This document shows, piece after piece, positions 1-8,165 of a stretch of 24,721 bases of DNA. The notes under the pieces are model-generated. The model made no database searches. It saw only the letters and a program-made list of their open reading frames with translations, and was not told the origin of the DNA. How positions within the stretch are numbered: the stretch's first letter is position 1; every line of letters begins with the position of its first letter. A program made the position numbers and the translations under genes. The DNA is taken from the IMG/VR virus record IMGVR_UViG_3300032247_000062, positions 1 to 24,721 of that record; one strand, given 5' to 3'. Source of the stretch: a virus. Taxonomy: Duplodnaviria; Caudoviricetes.

Positions 1-560
1 GATTTCTTTTTCGTGCGGTGACTCGATGTCTCCAGAAAAAAGCGAAGAGCCGAGGCGCACTTCAAGCGCAGGTTTAAGAGCTTGAGGAATATCAAGCGGC
101 ACCGATTGCCCTAAGGTTTTCCAAAGCGCGCTCAGCGCAGGCTTAGCTTTCTCATCACCAAACGCCGTATTGATCATAGCTTCCGGTAGCGCTTTGAGCA
201 GGAAGCCAACCTCGTAAGGGATCGGAATTTTTATCCAGTTTTCTTTGGTCAGGCCCAGCGTTGGCACCCACCAGTTGCCGTAGCGCTCCTCAGGTTTAGC
301 GCGTTTGTAGTCCTCATCATCTTGCATGATCGCGGCATATGCCACAGACGACATAGCCAGCATCGTTGCCCGTGCTGCGAACCGTTGAGCAACCTGAAGT
401 TTGTCGGCACCCGGCAACTGCCCCCGCATAGCGCGATACAGAACGTCCAGACCTTGAACCTGCGAGTGCATAAACGGCGTCAGACTTGCCAGCAAATACA
501 TACTGGGTGACGTACCCCGGCGGCTAAAGTTCATCGACTCAAGCGTACGCATCAGCGCCT
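1..560 (-). other. LPD38-like C-terminal region of the giant protein (boundaries approximate)
   Basis: Motifs MNFSRRG..., LTPFMHSQVQGLD and EERYGNWWVP...WIKIPIPYEVGFLLKALPE resemble the LPD38 region of large polyvalent phage proteins. Recognised by eye. Confidence 0.65.
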
Positions 561-3500
561 GCTGGTGGGACATTCCCTTCTTGATCGAGTCTTCGTAGAT
601 CACCTGCCGGGTAGCAGCATCGGACTGCTGGGCAACTGTGTCGAGCTTAGAGAACGCGCGTTGCAGGCTCCACTTGCCGGCGGTGAGGTCTTCTAAGAAC
701 TTGGTCATGTCGCGGGAGTCGCCCACCAAGATGTTGCTGCTGGTTGCACCTGCACGCTGAAGCCGCTGCGCGGTGGTGTCTTTGCCGGTGGCCATTTTAG
801 CCAGCGTAGAAAATGAATCAAGGATCGGGATCGTGTCCGTACCATTCTGCACCCACGCCGAGACAGGATCGCGCACAAGCTGGCGGAACATGTAGAGCGG
901 ATTGCGAACCGTAAATTTGCGGAAGATATCTCCCGGCACACCGAGCATGCGCACAATCGCAGGCATTGCAAGCTTAATACCTTCAAGCCCTTCAACAATC
1001 ATCTGCGCCGGGATACCATACATGTCTGTATCAATGATGGCGTGGTGCTCCACACCATGGACCCGGAAGTGAACTACGTTGTCCGTATACGGACCCTTGG
1101 ACGCTACGATCCGACTGGCAATCCCTAGATCTTTGAGCACAAACGCCGTGTCTTTAACGGTCTGATTGCGCATCGCCATGTTGATCAGCATACTGGTGTT
1201 TTGTACAGCACTCGTAAACACCGGCAGGATTTGTTCGCTGTCGCCAAGCAGTTCTTTCAGGCGGGGTTCGCTCTTGATGTTGCCGATACGGATCGAGCGG
1301 CGCTCGTCACCCGTCTCCATGCGGATGTTGCCATCCTTATCCACGCGATAGAAAGGCACGTAGGTAATACTCTTGAGTTCCGCAGCCTTCTGCTTGGACA
1401 TAGTGCCGGTCTGAACAAGGAAGTCCAGCAGCCCAGCGTTGTACGCCTGATAGATTTTCTCGGCTTCTTTGAACGCAGCCTCATCGGTTTTGTTCTGCTT
1501 CAGGTGCGCGAGAACTTCTTTGTATTCGTTCTCAGCCTCGACCGGGTTATCAAAGCGCAGTTTGTTCCAGCCAACTTGTTCAGCACGCTTGCCTGCCAAG
1601 TACACAGTGAATGCGTTCTCGCGGTCTTCTTCTTTGTAACCCTTGGCTTTCTCCAGCGCCTGCGCCATACCAATTAATGTTGGGCCGTTCGCATCATTCT
1701 CGTAGAAGTATTCCGTGCCGGCCTTGGTCTTTTCGCTGCGAAGACGCGGTGGCCCACTGGTAACGGTCTGCCCAACAATATCGCTGCGCTGCTGACCAAA
1801 GCGCAGTGCATACATCAGGTTCTGTGCGCGCAAGGCATCAATCTTTTTATCGTCTAGACCCTTTTTGACCACCTCTTCCAACGCAGCATACTGATCAAAT
1901 ATGCGCTGACGAAGCTTCAATGCTCGGGTACTAGTCTTGTCTTTGATCCCAGCCATCGTAGCATCCCGGCTACTTGCACCCGTCATTCCGGTGTAAAGCG
2001 ACATCAGATCATCGGCAGCACTTGTGCGCTGAGCAACGACAGACTTGGTGGGTTTGCGTGAGCGGTAGAGGACATCGCCTGCCTTGGCTGTTGGCTTACC
2101 TGTTGGTGCAATCTTTGCCAGCGCCTGCACAGTCTCGCTTGGCTTGGTGGTTACGCCGTGTACGTACTTGTGCGAGTCGCGGATCAGGCGAATGATCTCG
2201 GAGTCACCGATAGGAGCGCCCTTCCAGATGCCCCACTGCCGCAGCTTGGTGCGGATCAGGTTTACCAAGCGGTTCATCCAAGTCAGGGACACATCCTTCT
2301 CGGCACGCTCGGCGATGCTCTCCTCGGTCGCTACGTCCTGCGACAAGTTTGGATTACGCTGCATCCGAGCGTCAGCCTCGGCACGGATCTGTTTGCTGTT
2401 CTGATAAATCGCGCGCATCACTGCCGGGTATTGCTTGTCCAGCACCCCACGCAGACCAAAGTGACCAACTAGTTCGTGCGCGATCGTCTTGCCAGCATCT
2501 GCGCTATCAATCAGATTGTCGCCAACCATGTAGATGGTTTTCGTTGGCGGGTGATACATACCCGGCGCGCTCTGCGTACCATCACGTTCCATCTGCGCTT
2601 GGATCTCGGGCGGCAGTTCACTAACCGACTGCACAGTCTTAATCCCCGGAGCTACTGGCAACTCGCGAAACGGTGCAATCTGGGCATCAACATCGGCAAC
2701 GCGCATCCCAACCGTAGGCTTCTCGCCCTTCTCACGGAACATTGCGTTCTGTGCATCTTGCGCCAAACTGCCTTGAGCAGGCGCGGCTTCCGGCTTAACT
2801 TGCGGTTGTTCAACAGCCTCGGCAGGCTTAATTGTTGTGCGGATTTCGCCTACTAGATCCGGGCTGGTTGTCCAGTTATTCCACGATGCCTTGAGCTGTT
2901 GCAATTCGGCAATACGGCGCTTAACTGCTTCGGGGTCTTTGATGTCGATCCCTTCGGCGGCGGCGAGCTTGGGGTTTTTGCTAGCACCCGTGATAGCACT
3001 TAGCCGTTGACCAACCTCACGCTGCTTTTGCGTAGCGATCTTAGCCATCTCTTGGGCCTCGAGCATGGCGCTCTCATCAAACCCAAACATATCAGCCATG
3101 CCGCCTTCGGCGGGTTTGGGCGCAATCACTTGGACCGCGCGCATTAGGTTGAGCGCTTCGGCAGCAGACTTGTTCTGCGCGGCTTTGATTGCAACCGCTT
3201 GGATTCGCGCATCATTTGGCGCCTCAACGGCCACGGTTGCAGCCAGATCATCACTAACTTGTTTAGCGCGGTGGGCAGCGATCAGTTCTGGGCTACCGTT
3301 CGTAGCGATCTCGATAGCCTCTTCGCCTTTACCGCGCGTCAACCCGCGAGCATCGGCGTCTTCTTTTGAAAGCTGTGCGCCTTGGAAGTAGTTGACGTAG
3401 TCGGCTACAGTGCCTTGACCGTCTCGGATATTGATTTCCGCATCCATTGTTGCTGCTTTCTTTTGATCAAACCCGGCGGCTTCATCAAAGATCTGCGCGT

Positions 3501-5919
3501 CAATTGTTTGCCGACCCGAGCGCTTGGCCAGATCCCAACGGTGGCGTCCAGAAATAATCTCCATGTTGCCATCGAGGCGACGCCATAACTGAATGGGCGC
3601 TACGCCGTAGTCGGCAAATTTGCCTTTGAGTGGTTTAACGACACCTTCAGCATTCGCTTCCGCTTTGAACTGCGGCACATCTTGAGATAGCTTAAGTTCA
3701 TTGACCGGAACCTTGACTACCGGAACACCTTCAATTGCGTGCTGGACTGGGCCGGCAGGCGGAACTTCTGCCTTTGGCGTTTCCACCTTCGGTACTTCAG
3801 GCGCAGCCGCTACTTCAGGCGCAGCCGGTGCTTCTTTTATAACTTCGCGTTTGTTGCCTTTTAGTGGCGTGACTACATTGGCTTTTTCCAAGTCCATCAG
3901 CAGTTGCGCTGCGACTTGGCGTTTGACGTTAAGGCCCTGTTCAAGATGCGTGATGTTGGCTTTGCCGGTGTCGCGCACAAACTTCGTGGCGCGGTCCAGA
4001 TCCACATCCCCAAACATTTCCATCGGTGTGGGTAGATCAAATGGCGCATTCAGATCGGCCACAGACCTAGCCCCAAACATCTCATAGGGCGTAGGGAAGT
4101 TGTACGGCGTGATTGATGGAGGCGGCGCTTCTTTAGGCGCAAGCTCTTCAGCCGCAGGCATTTCTGTTACGGGCGGCATTGTGAACGGAGCTACTTCAGG
4201 CTGTTCAGCAACCGGAGTGCGGGAAGGCCGGCCCTCGACAAGTGCACGCAACTGTTGAAGCTTGAGCAGTTTTTCTGCTGGCTTACGCATAGCGGGCAAA
4301 TCGCCCTTAGCTTTATCGTATTCCGCTTGTGCAGTGGCAATTTTTTTATCTAGGGTAGCAGCGGTTTCTGTTGTGCCGCCAGCAGCCTCGACAGTCTTAC
4401 CAAGTTCGTTCAGATTTTTAGATAGCGCTTCCCACTGATCGTGCAGGGCAGTAGCTTCTTCAGGCGTTGCCGTTTTTGCTGCCGCATCTAGTTGATCACG
4501 CTGCTGGAACAGCGCGTCATACTGATCCATCAACTCCAAGGCTGTTGGAGGTGCGGGCGGTGCCGCAGGCGTAACAGGTACAGCCGCAGGCTGCGTTGCC
4601 TGACGCTGGGCAACCAGCGGTTTGATTAGGTCTTCGCGGGGCTTGTACGCATCATGTAGCTCTTTAATTCTTGCCGTTAGGTCTGCTGATTGCTCCCGCA
4701 AACCTGCCGAAGTTTCTTCCCATTCAGCGTACGCTTGTGGGTTTTTCTTTTTGTTTGGTTCGCTTTGCTTTATGGCCTGCGTTAACTTAGCGCCTTCTTC
4801 TTTAGCTGCGATGTACTCGTCGTGCAGTTTGAGTAAGTTTTCTGGCTTGTTCTTTTCCGCTTCTTCCGCAGCAAACGCAGCGTCTGCTGCTTGTTTCTTA
4901 CGTTCAGCAATCTCGCCGCGTGCGCCACTGCGCTCACTAATCCGACCTACGCCGCCCAATGGGGACAGCAACCCGGCCTGATAAGCAGCGCTCCCGTACT
5001 CAGCCAATGCTTCGTCGTTCATTAGCGGCAGGCCAGCCTGCGCGCGCTCAAGTATCTGCTGTGTAATCTCTGTCGGTATCTCAACCGTACCCTTGGCCGT
5101 GCCCTTGAGCAGTGTGCCGGCGCTTACTTCGCCCCTGCTTAGCTTTGGCAACAGCCTTTCTGATGCTAGCTTCTCTAATTCTTGCGCAGACTTCTTAGCT
5201 ACCTGCTCATCGGTAAAGCCCATCAAGCGCCCAACCAACCCCTTGCCCAGCAACAGCCGATCAGTAAAAACATCGAGCGCGGCAATCGGAACAGCCGTGC
5301 CATATGCGGCTAGCGGGTTTACATCGACAGGCTTACCTTCGGCAATCTGAGCGCGAGCTTGCGCTTCCAAGTTTGCCCCGGCTGTTGGGACATACGAAGA
5401 TAAAAACTGCCCAACCCCAGCGCCAATCCCAGCACCAACCCCCGCACCAACAGGCCCAAGGAATCTACCCGCCATAGCCCCTGCGCGAGCACCTGCCCCC
5501 ATCGAGGCTAGCTGCGGAACCTGCTCAGCAATCGCATACGGAACTTGACCTAGCGCTTCTCCAGCGGCAGACAACACGCCGTCTTTCTGATATGCCTGCT
5601 TTACTTTTTCTAGCGATACTTGGCTAGGACGAGCTTTCTCAATCTCTTCCATGCGGGCAATGCCCGCCTTGGCTGCTTCGTCACCGCCGCCTAGACCTGT
5701 ACGGAATTGCGAACCGTATCTCTGCGCCCCACCGATAAGCGCAGACCCAAGGCCAGTCTTTGGTGCAACTTCAGGAAGCTTCGGCGCTAGTGACTCTACA
5801 GGACTAAGCCCAAACGCTTTGGGATACTTTTCAAACGCCACGGCCCAAGCGTCTTCTGGTTTCTCCCCTGCTTTTAAAGGGAAGTACCCACCATCAGGAA
5901 GCTGAATATATTGCGGCAT
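1..5919 (-). CDS. Giant polyvalent internal virion/ejection protein, 3'-truncated by the window (>=1973 aa)
   Basis: ATG at 5919-5917, 2 nt after the upstream TAA. My translation begins MPQYIQLPDGGYFPLKAGEKPEDAW and stays open to base 1 (...DIESPHEKEI); it is absent from the ORF track because no stop lies in the window. Contains a Gly-zipper segment (GPVGAGVGAGIGAGVG) and the domains listed separately. Confidence 0.93.
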   Translation of the reverse strand, partial: MPQYIQLPDGGYFPLKAGEKPEDAWAVAFEKYPKAFGLSPVESLAPKLPEVAPKTGLGSALIGGAQRYGSQFRTGLGGGDEAAKAGIARMEEIEKARPSQVSLEKVKQAYQKDGVLSAAGEALGQVPYAIAEQVPQLASMGAGARAGAMAGRFLGPVGAGVGAGIGAGVGQFLSSYVPTAGANLEAQARAQIAEGKPVDVNPLAAYGTAVPIAALDVFTDRLLLGKGLVGRLMGFTDEQVAKKSAQELEKLASERLLPKLSRGEVSAGTLLKGTAKGTVEIPTEITQQILERAQAGLPLMNDEALAEYGSAAYQAGLLSPLGGVGRISERSGARGEIAERKKQAADAAFAAEEAEKNKPENLLKLHDEYIAAKEEGAKLTQAIKQSEPNKKKNPQAYAEWEETSAGLREQSADLTARIKELHDAYKPREDLIKPLVAQRQATQPAAVPVTPAAPPAPPTALELMDQYDALFQQRDQLDAAAKTATPEEATALHDQWEALSKNLNELGKTVEAAGGTTETAATLDKKIATAQAEYDKAKGDLPAMRKPAEKLLKLQQLRALVEGRPSRTPVAEQPEVAPFTMPPVTEMPAAEELAPKEAPPPSITPYNFPTPYEMFGARSVADLNAPFDLPTPMEMFGDVDLDRATKFVRDTGKANITHLEQGLNVKRQVAAQLLMDLEKANVVTPLKGNKREVIKEAPAAPEVAAAPEVPKVETPKAEVPPAGPVQHAIEGVPVVKVPVNELKLSQDVPQFKAEANAEGVVKPLKGKFADYGVAPIQLWRRLDGNMEIISGRHRWDLAKRSGRQTIDAQIFDEAAGFDQKKAATMDAEINIRDGQGTVADYVNYFQGAQLSKEDADARGLTRGKGEEAIEIATNGSPELIAAHRAKQVSDDLAATVAVEAPNDARIQAVAIKAAQNKSAAEALNLMRAVQVIAPKPAEGGMADMFGFDESAMLEAQEMAKIATQKQREVGQRLSAITGASKNPKLAAAEGIDIKDPEAVKRRIAELQQLKASWNNWTTSPDLVGEIRTTIKPAEAVEQPQVKPEAAPAQGSLAQDAQNAMFREKGEKPTVGMRVADVDAQIAPFRELPVAPGIKTVQSVSELPPEIQAQMERDGTQSAPGMYHPPTKTIYMVGDNLIDSADAGKTIAHELVGHFGLRGVLDKQYPAVMRAIYQNSKQIRAEADARMQRNPNLSQDVATEESIAERAEKDVSLTWMNRLVNLIRTKLRQWGIWKGAPIGDSEIIRLIRDSHKYVHGVTTKPSETVQALAKIAPTGKPTAKAGDVLYRSRKPTKSVVAQRTSAADDLMSLYTGMTGASSRDATMAGIKDKTSTRALKLRQRIFDQYAALEEVVKKGLDDKKIDALRAQNLMYALRFGQQRSDIVGQTVTSGPPRLRSEKTKAGTEYFYENDANGPTLIGMAQALEKAKGYKEEDRENAFTVYLAGKRAEQVGWNKLRFDNPVEAENEYKEVLAHLKQNKTDEAAFKEAEKIYQAYNAGLLDFLVQTGTMSKQKAAELKSITYVPFYRVDKDGNIRMETGDERRSIRIGNIKSEPRLKELLGDSEQILPVFTSAVQNTSMLINMAMRNQTVKDTAFVLKDLGIASRIVASKGPYTDNVVHFRVHGVEHHAIIDTDMYGIPAQMIVEGLEGIKLAMPAIVRMLGVPGDIFRKFTVRNPLYMFRQLVRDPVSAWVQNGTDTIPILDSFSTLAKMATGKDTTAQRLQRAGATSSNILVGDSRDMTKFLEDLTAGKWSLQRAFSKLDTVAQQSDAATRQVIYEDSIKKGMSHQQALMRTLESMNFSRRGTSPSMYLLASLTPFMHSQVQGLDVLYRAMRGQLPGADKLQVAQRFAARATMLAMSSVAYAAIMQDDEDYKRAKPEERYGNWWVPTLGLTKENWIKIPIPYEVGFLLKALPEAMINTAFGDEKAKPALSALWKTLGQSVPLDIPQALKPALEVRLGSSLFSGDIESPHEKEI
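2160..2650 (-). other. Zincin-like metallopeptidase (MPTase-type) domain in the giant protein (boundaries approximate)
   Basis: APGMYHPPTKTIYMVGDNL...TIAHELVGHFGLRGVL, with HExxxH at 2478-2461, followed by ATEESIAERAE supplying a candidate third ligand. Confidence 0.75.
3421..3720 (-). other. ParB/Srx-like domain in the giant protein
   Basis: VVKVPVNELKLSQDVPQFK...APIQLWRRLDGNMEIISGRHRWDLAKRSGRQTIDAQIFDE...DAEINIRD matches the ParB N-terminal pattern (PI.v.....eii.G.hR..A...G...i.a.i ... eN..R). Confidence 0.8.
3838..4008 (-). other. FtsK-gamma-like winged-helix domain in the giant protein
   Basis: DVDLDRATKFVRDTGKANITHLEQGLNVKRQVAAQLLMDLEKANVVTPLKGNKREVI aligns by eye with the FtsK gamma consensus (D.ly..A..fV.etgkaSis.lQr.l.igynrAarlie.lE..givs...g...ReVl). 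Confidence 0.7.
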
Positions 5920-5921
5920 GC

Positions 5922-8156
5922 TTAACGACCGTAAAGCGGCGCTTTACCGGGGGTACTGGTAGTGGGGATACCGCCAGCAATTCCTTGATTAAAAAGACTG
6001 TAGGCACGTTTATTTTCTATGAATTCTTTTATCCAAGCTTGCTTATCTTTCATAGGCGGAAGTACTGCCCCCGTTGTTGCGCTCGCTTTCAAGTGATCGA
6101 GTGCTTGCTTTTCGTATGCCGCCAGCGCAGTATCAATATCATTGACACTGCTCATATACTCGACACCTCTACGAATTTGCGTTGAATTCGGGACTGTGCC
6201 GGGTAAGGCACCGCCAAGCTCTGCATAAAACTTAGCTTGTGCTGATGGTAGATTCGCCGCAAACAGCGCCGCTTCTTTCGTTGCTTGGATCTGCGCATTA
6301 GCCCGTGCGTTTGCCCCACGCTCATTTGTGGCAGCAATATCCCTCTGTACATCCGCACTAAACTGCGTTCTCTTGGCGGCTTCTATGCTTTGCGCAGCTT
6401 GGTCAAAAGCCCCTATTGCAGCTTGACCTTCTAGACCAAATGCGTACTTAGCGAGAAGTGCTTTGTTTTGGTCCATGCTGGTATTAAGATCATCCCCACG
6501 CTGACGCAAAACAAGCTCGCGATCAAAATCCCCACGCTCAGCCGCATTTTGTGCAGCTTCAATGGTGGTGCGCAACTGTAGCCGTTTCTGTGCAAGTTCT
6601 TTGAACTCTTTGTTGGACTGCTGAAGTTCTTTGGCACCGACAGTTGCGCCTGCCCCCACATTACGAAGGAAAGATCCCAGTCCTTTGCCGCCGTATGGCG
6701 ACTCCATCATCTTGAATCCCGCCATCATAAGCGCCATGCCTTTGGCTTTTTCTTTTTCACCTACTTCATTGAACTCTTCAGTATCAAGTCGCTTACTCAA
6801 TTCTTGGAATGGGGCAGCAGGTCTATTAGTTCTTGCAAAACTTAACGTGTCGGCTTGGCGTTCACGCGCAGCCTCAGCAATTCTATCCTGCTGCGCATTA
6901 AGTTCTTTAGTGTCAAAAAACTGTCTGGCTCGCGTTTGTGCTTCTTCAACCGTAAGTGGCTTAGGTATTTCCAAAGTAGGCGGTCTGCCTGCACCTACTC
7001 CAGCGCCGGCACCCCTACTTGCTGCCGGAGCGTTCCCCGCACTAAGCAATCTTTGAAGATCCGCGTATGTTTGTGCCGGCGGTGCTGGGACCGCAGGGGC
7101 AGTTGTTTCTGCGGGTTCCCGATTTCCTAAAGCCCTATCTTTAAATGCCCCTTGTCCGGGCATCATAGGCACCACACCGCCACCCGGCACCGCACGAATC
7201 CGCCCAGCCTCAAGATCGGTAGCAAGCTGTCTAAGATCTGGCAAACGGTCCGTTGCGTTTCCAAGGTTTGTTCTTGTCGGTGCAACGCCACTGCTTGGCG
7301 ATTGCTCTCGGGTTATTAACGGATTGCGGTCGTTCGGTCCAATTGCTGGTGTTTCACCAGTCATCCGAGGGTTTGGGATCGGCGTGGGCATCGGCATTGC
7401 CTCGCCAAAATTCTGCGCTGTAAATTGCGGAACGGCAATACCGCTAGTTATTGCAGACGTATATGGCAACTGTCTTTGCTGTGGGGCATTTTCAGCCGCT
7501 CTCCGCTGTTGAATCAGTGACTCAGTCAGTTCGGGTGGATATCCAAGCGATCTAGCCTGCGCACGGAGTGCGTCTTCGTCCAAACCCCCAACAGCCATGC
7601 GAATCGCACCACCATCGGCATAGCCAACAGCCTCGTCCGCATCCGCATACCCAGCGATCCCACCGTCAGCCATGTTCTGAATATTCCTAGCAGGCAGACC
7701 GGCTATGCCTTGCGGGGCCGCGCTGGGACCGGAAGGTGGAGGCATCTGCGGAGCAGGTGGCATAGGCGGAGGCATCTGCATACCCAGAGGCGGAGCCTGC
7801 GGTGGCATCTGCATACCCGGAGGCGGAGCCGGAGGCATACCCTGCGGTGGCATACCCTGCGGTGGCATCGGGCCTTGTGGCCCTCCGGGTGGTGGCATGG
7901 GCGCCCCACCTTGCCCACCAATAGACTGCATAACTTGCTGCGCTACGGTCGGGGGTTGCTGCCCACTCAACATTGCCAACGCTTTGGAGTGCATATCCTT
8001 GGCGTCATTGACCGCTTGGTTGGCAAGGCTCAACCGAATAGCATCGTCTTGGTGCATCTGCGCATACTGGCGCAGCATTTGTAAGGCTTGTGGCGAACCG
8101 ACACGCGCTAGTTTTTGAAGCTGAGCTTCTTCTCTGGCAATGTTCTCATGCAGCAT
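5922..8156 (-). CDS. Putative ejection/internal virion protein (744 aa) with Pro-rich linker and coiled-coil C-terminal half
   Basis: Long ORF coupled to its neighbours. N-terminal helical segment, then an MPPQG/MQMPP low-complexity tract, three xAxGG motifs and an Ala/Gln/Glu-rich helical region. Function inferred from position. Confidence 0.75.
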   Translation of the reverse strand: MLHENIAREEAQLQKLARVGSPQALQMLRQYAQMHQDDAIRLSLANQAVNDAKDMHSKALAMLSGQQPPTVAQQVMQSIGGQGGAPMPPPGGPQGPMPPQGMPPQGMPPAPPPGMQMPPQAPPLGMQMPPPMPPAPQMPPPSGPSAAPQGIAGLPARNIQNMADGGIAGYADADEAVGYADGGAIRMAVGGLDEDALRAQARSLGYPPELTESLIQQRRAAENAPQQRQLPYTSAITSGIAVPQFTAQNFGEAMPMPTPIPNPRMTGETPAIGPNDRNPLITREQSPSSGVAPTRTNLGNATDRLPDLRQLATDLEAGRIRAVPGGGVVPMMPGQGAFKDRALGNREPAETTAPAVPAPPAQTYADLQRLLSAGNAPAASRGAGAGVGAGRPPTLEIPKPLTVEEAQTRARQFFDTKELNAQQDRIAEAARERQADTLSFARTNRPAAPFQELSKRLDTEEFNEVGEKEKAKGMALMMAGFKMMESPYGGKGLGSFLRNVGAGATVGAKELQQSNKEFKELAQKRLQLRTTIEAAQNAAERGDFDRELVLRQRGDDLNTSMDQNKALLAKYAFGLEGQAAIGAFDQAAQSIEAAKRTQFSADVQRDIAATNERGANARANAQIQATKEAALFAANLPSAQAKFYAELGGALPGTVPNSTQIRRGVEYMSSVNDIDTALAAYEKQALDHLKASATTGAVLPPMKDKQAWIKEFIENKRAYSLFNQGIAGGIPTTSTPGKAPLYGR
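7834..7868. repeat. 15-nt tandem repeat encoding MPPQG
   Basis: ggcataccctgcggt occurs twice in tandem plus a partial third copy. Confidence 0.9.
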
Positions 8157-8165
8157 GACAGTACC

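Noticed and set aside
705-1484. Minus-strand ORFs 705-998 and 1257-1484
   Set aside because: Out-of-frame overlaps inside the giant ORF, which has coherent domains in its own frame.
3793-3828. 18-nt tandem repeat tacttcaggcgcagccgc
   Set aside because: Simple in-frame linker duplication (AAPEVA) with no sign of separate function.
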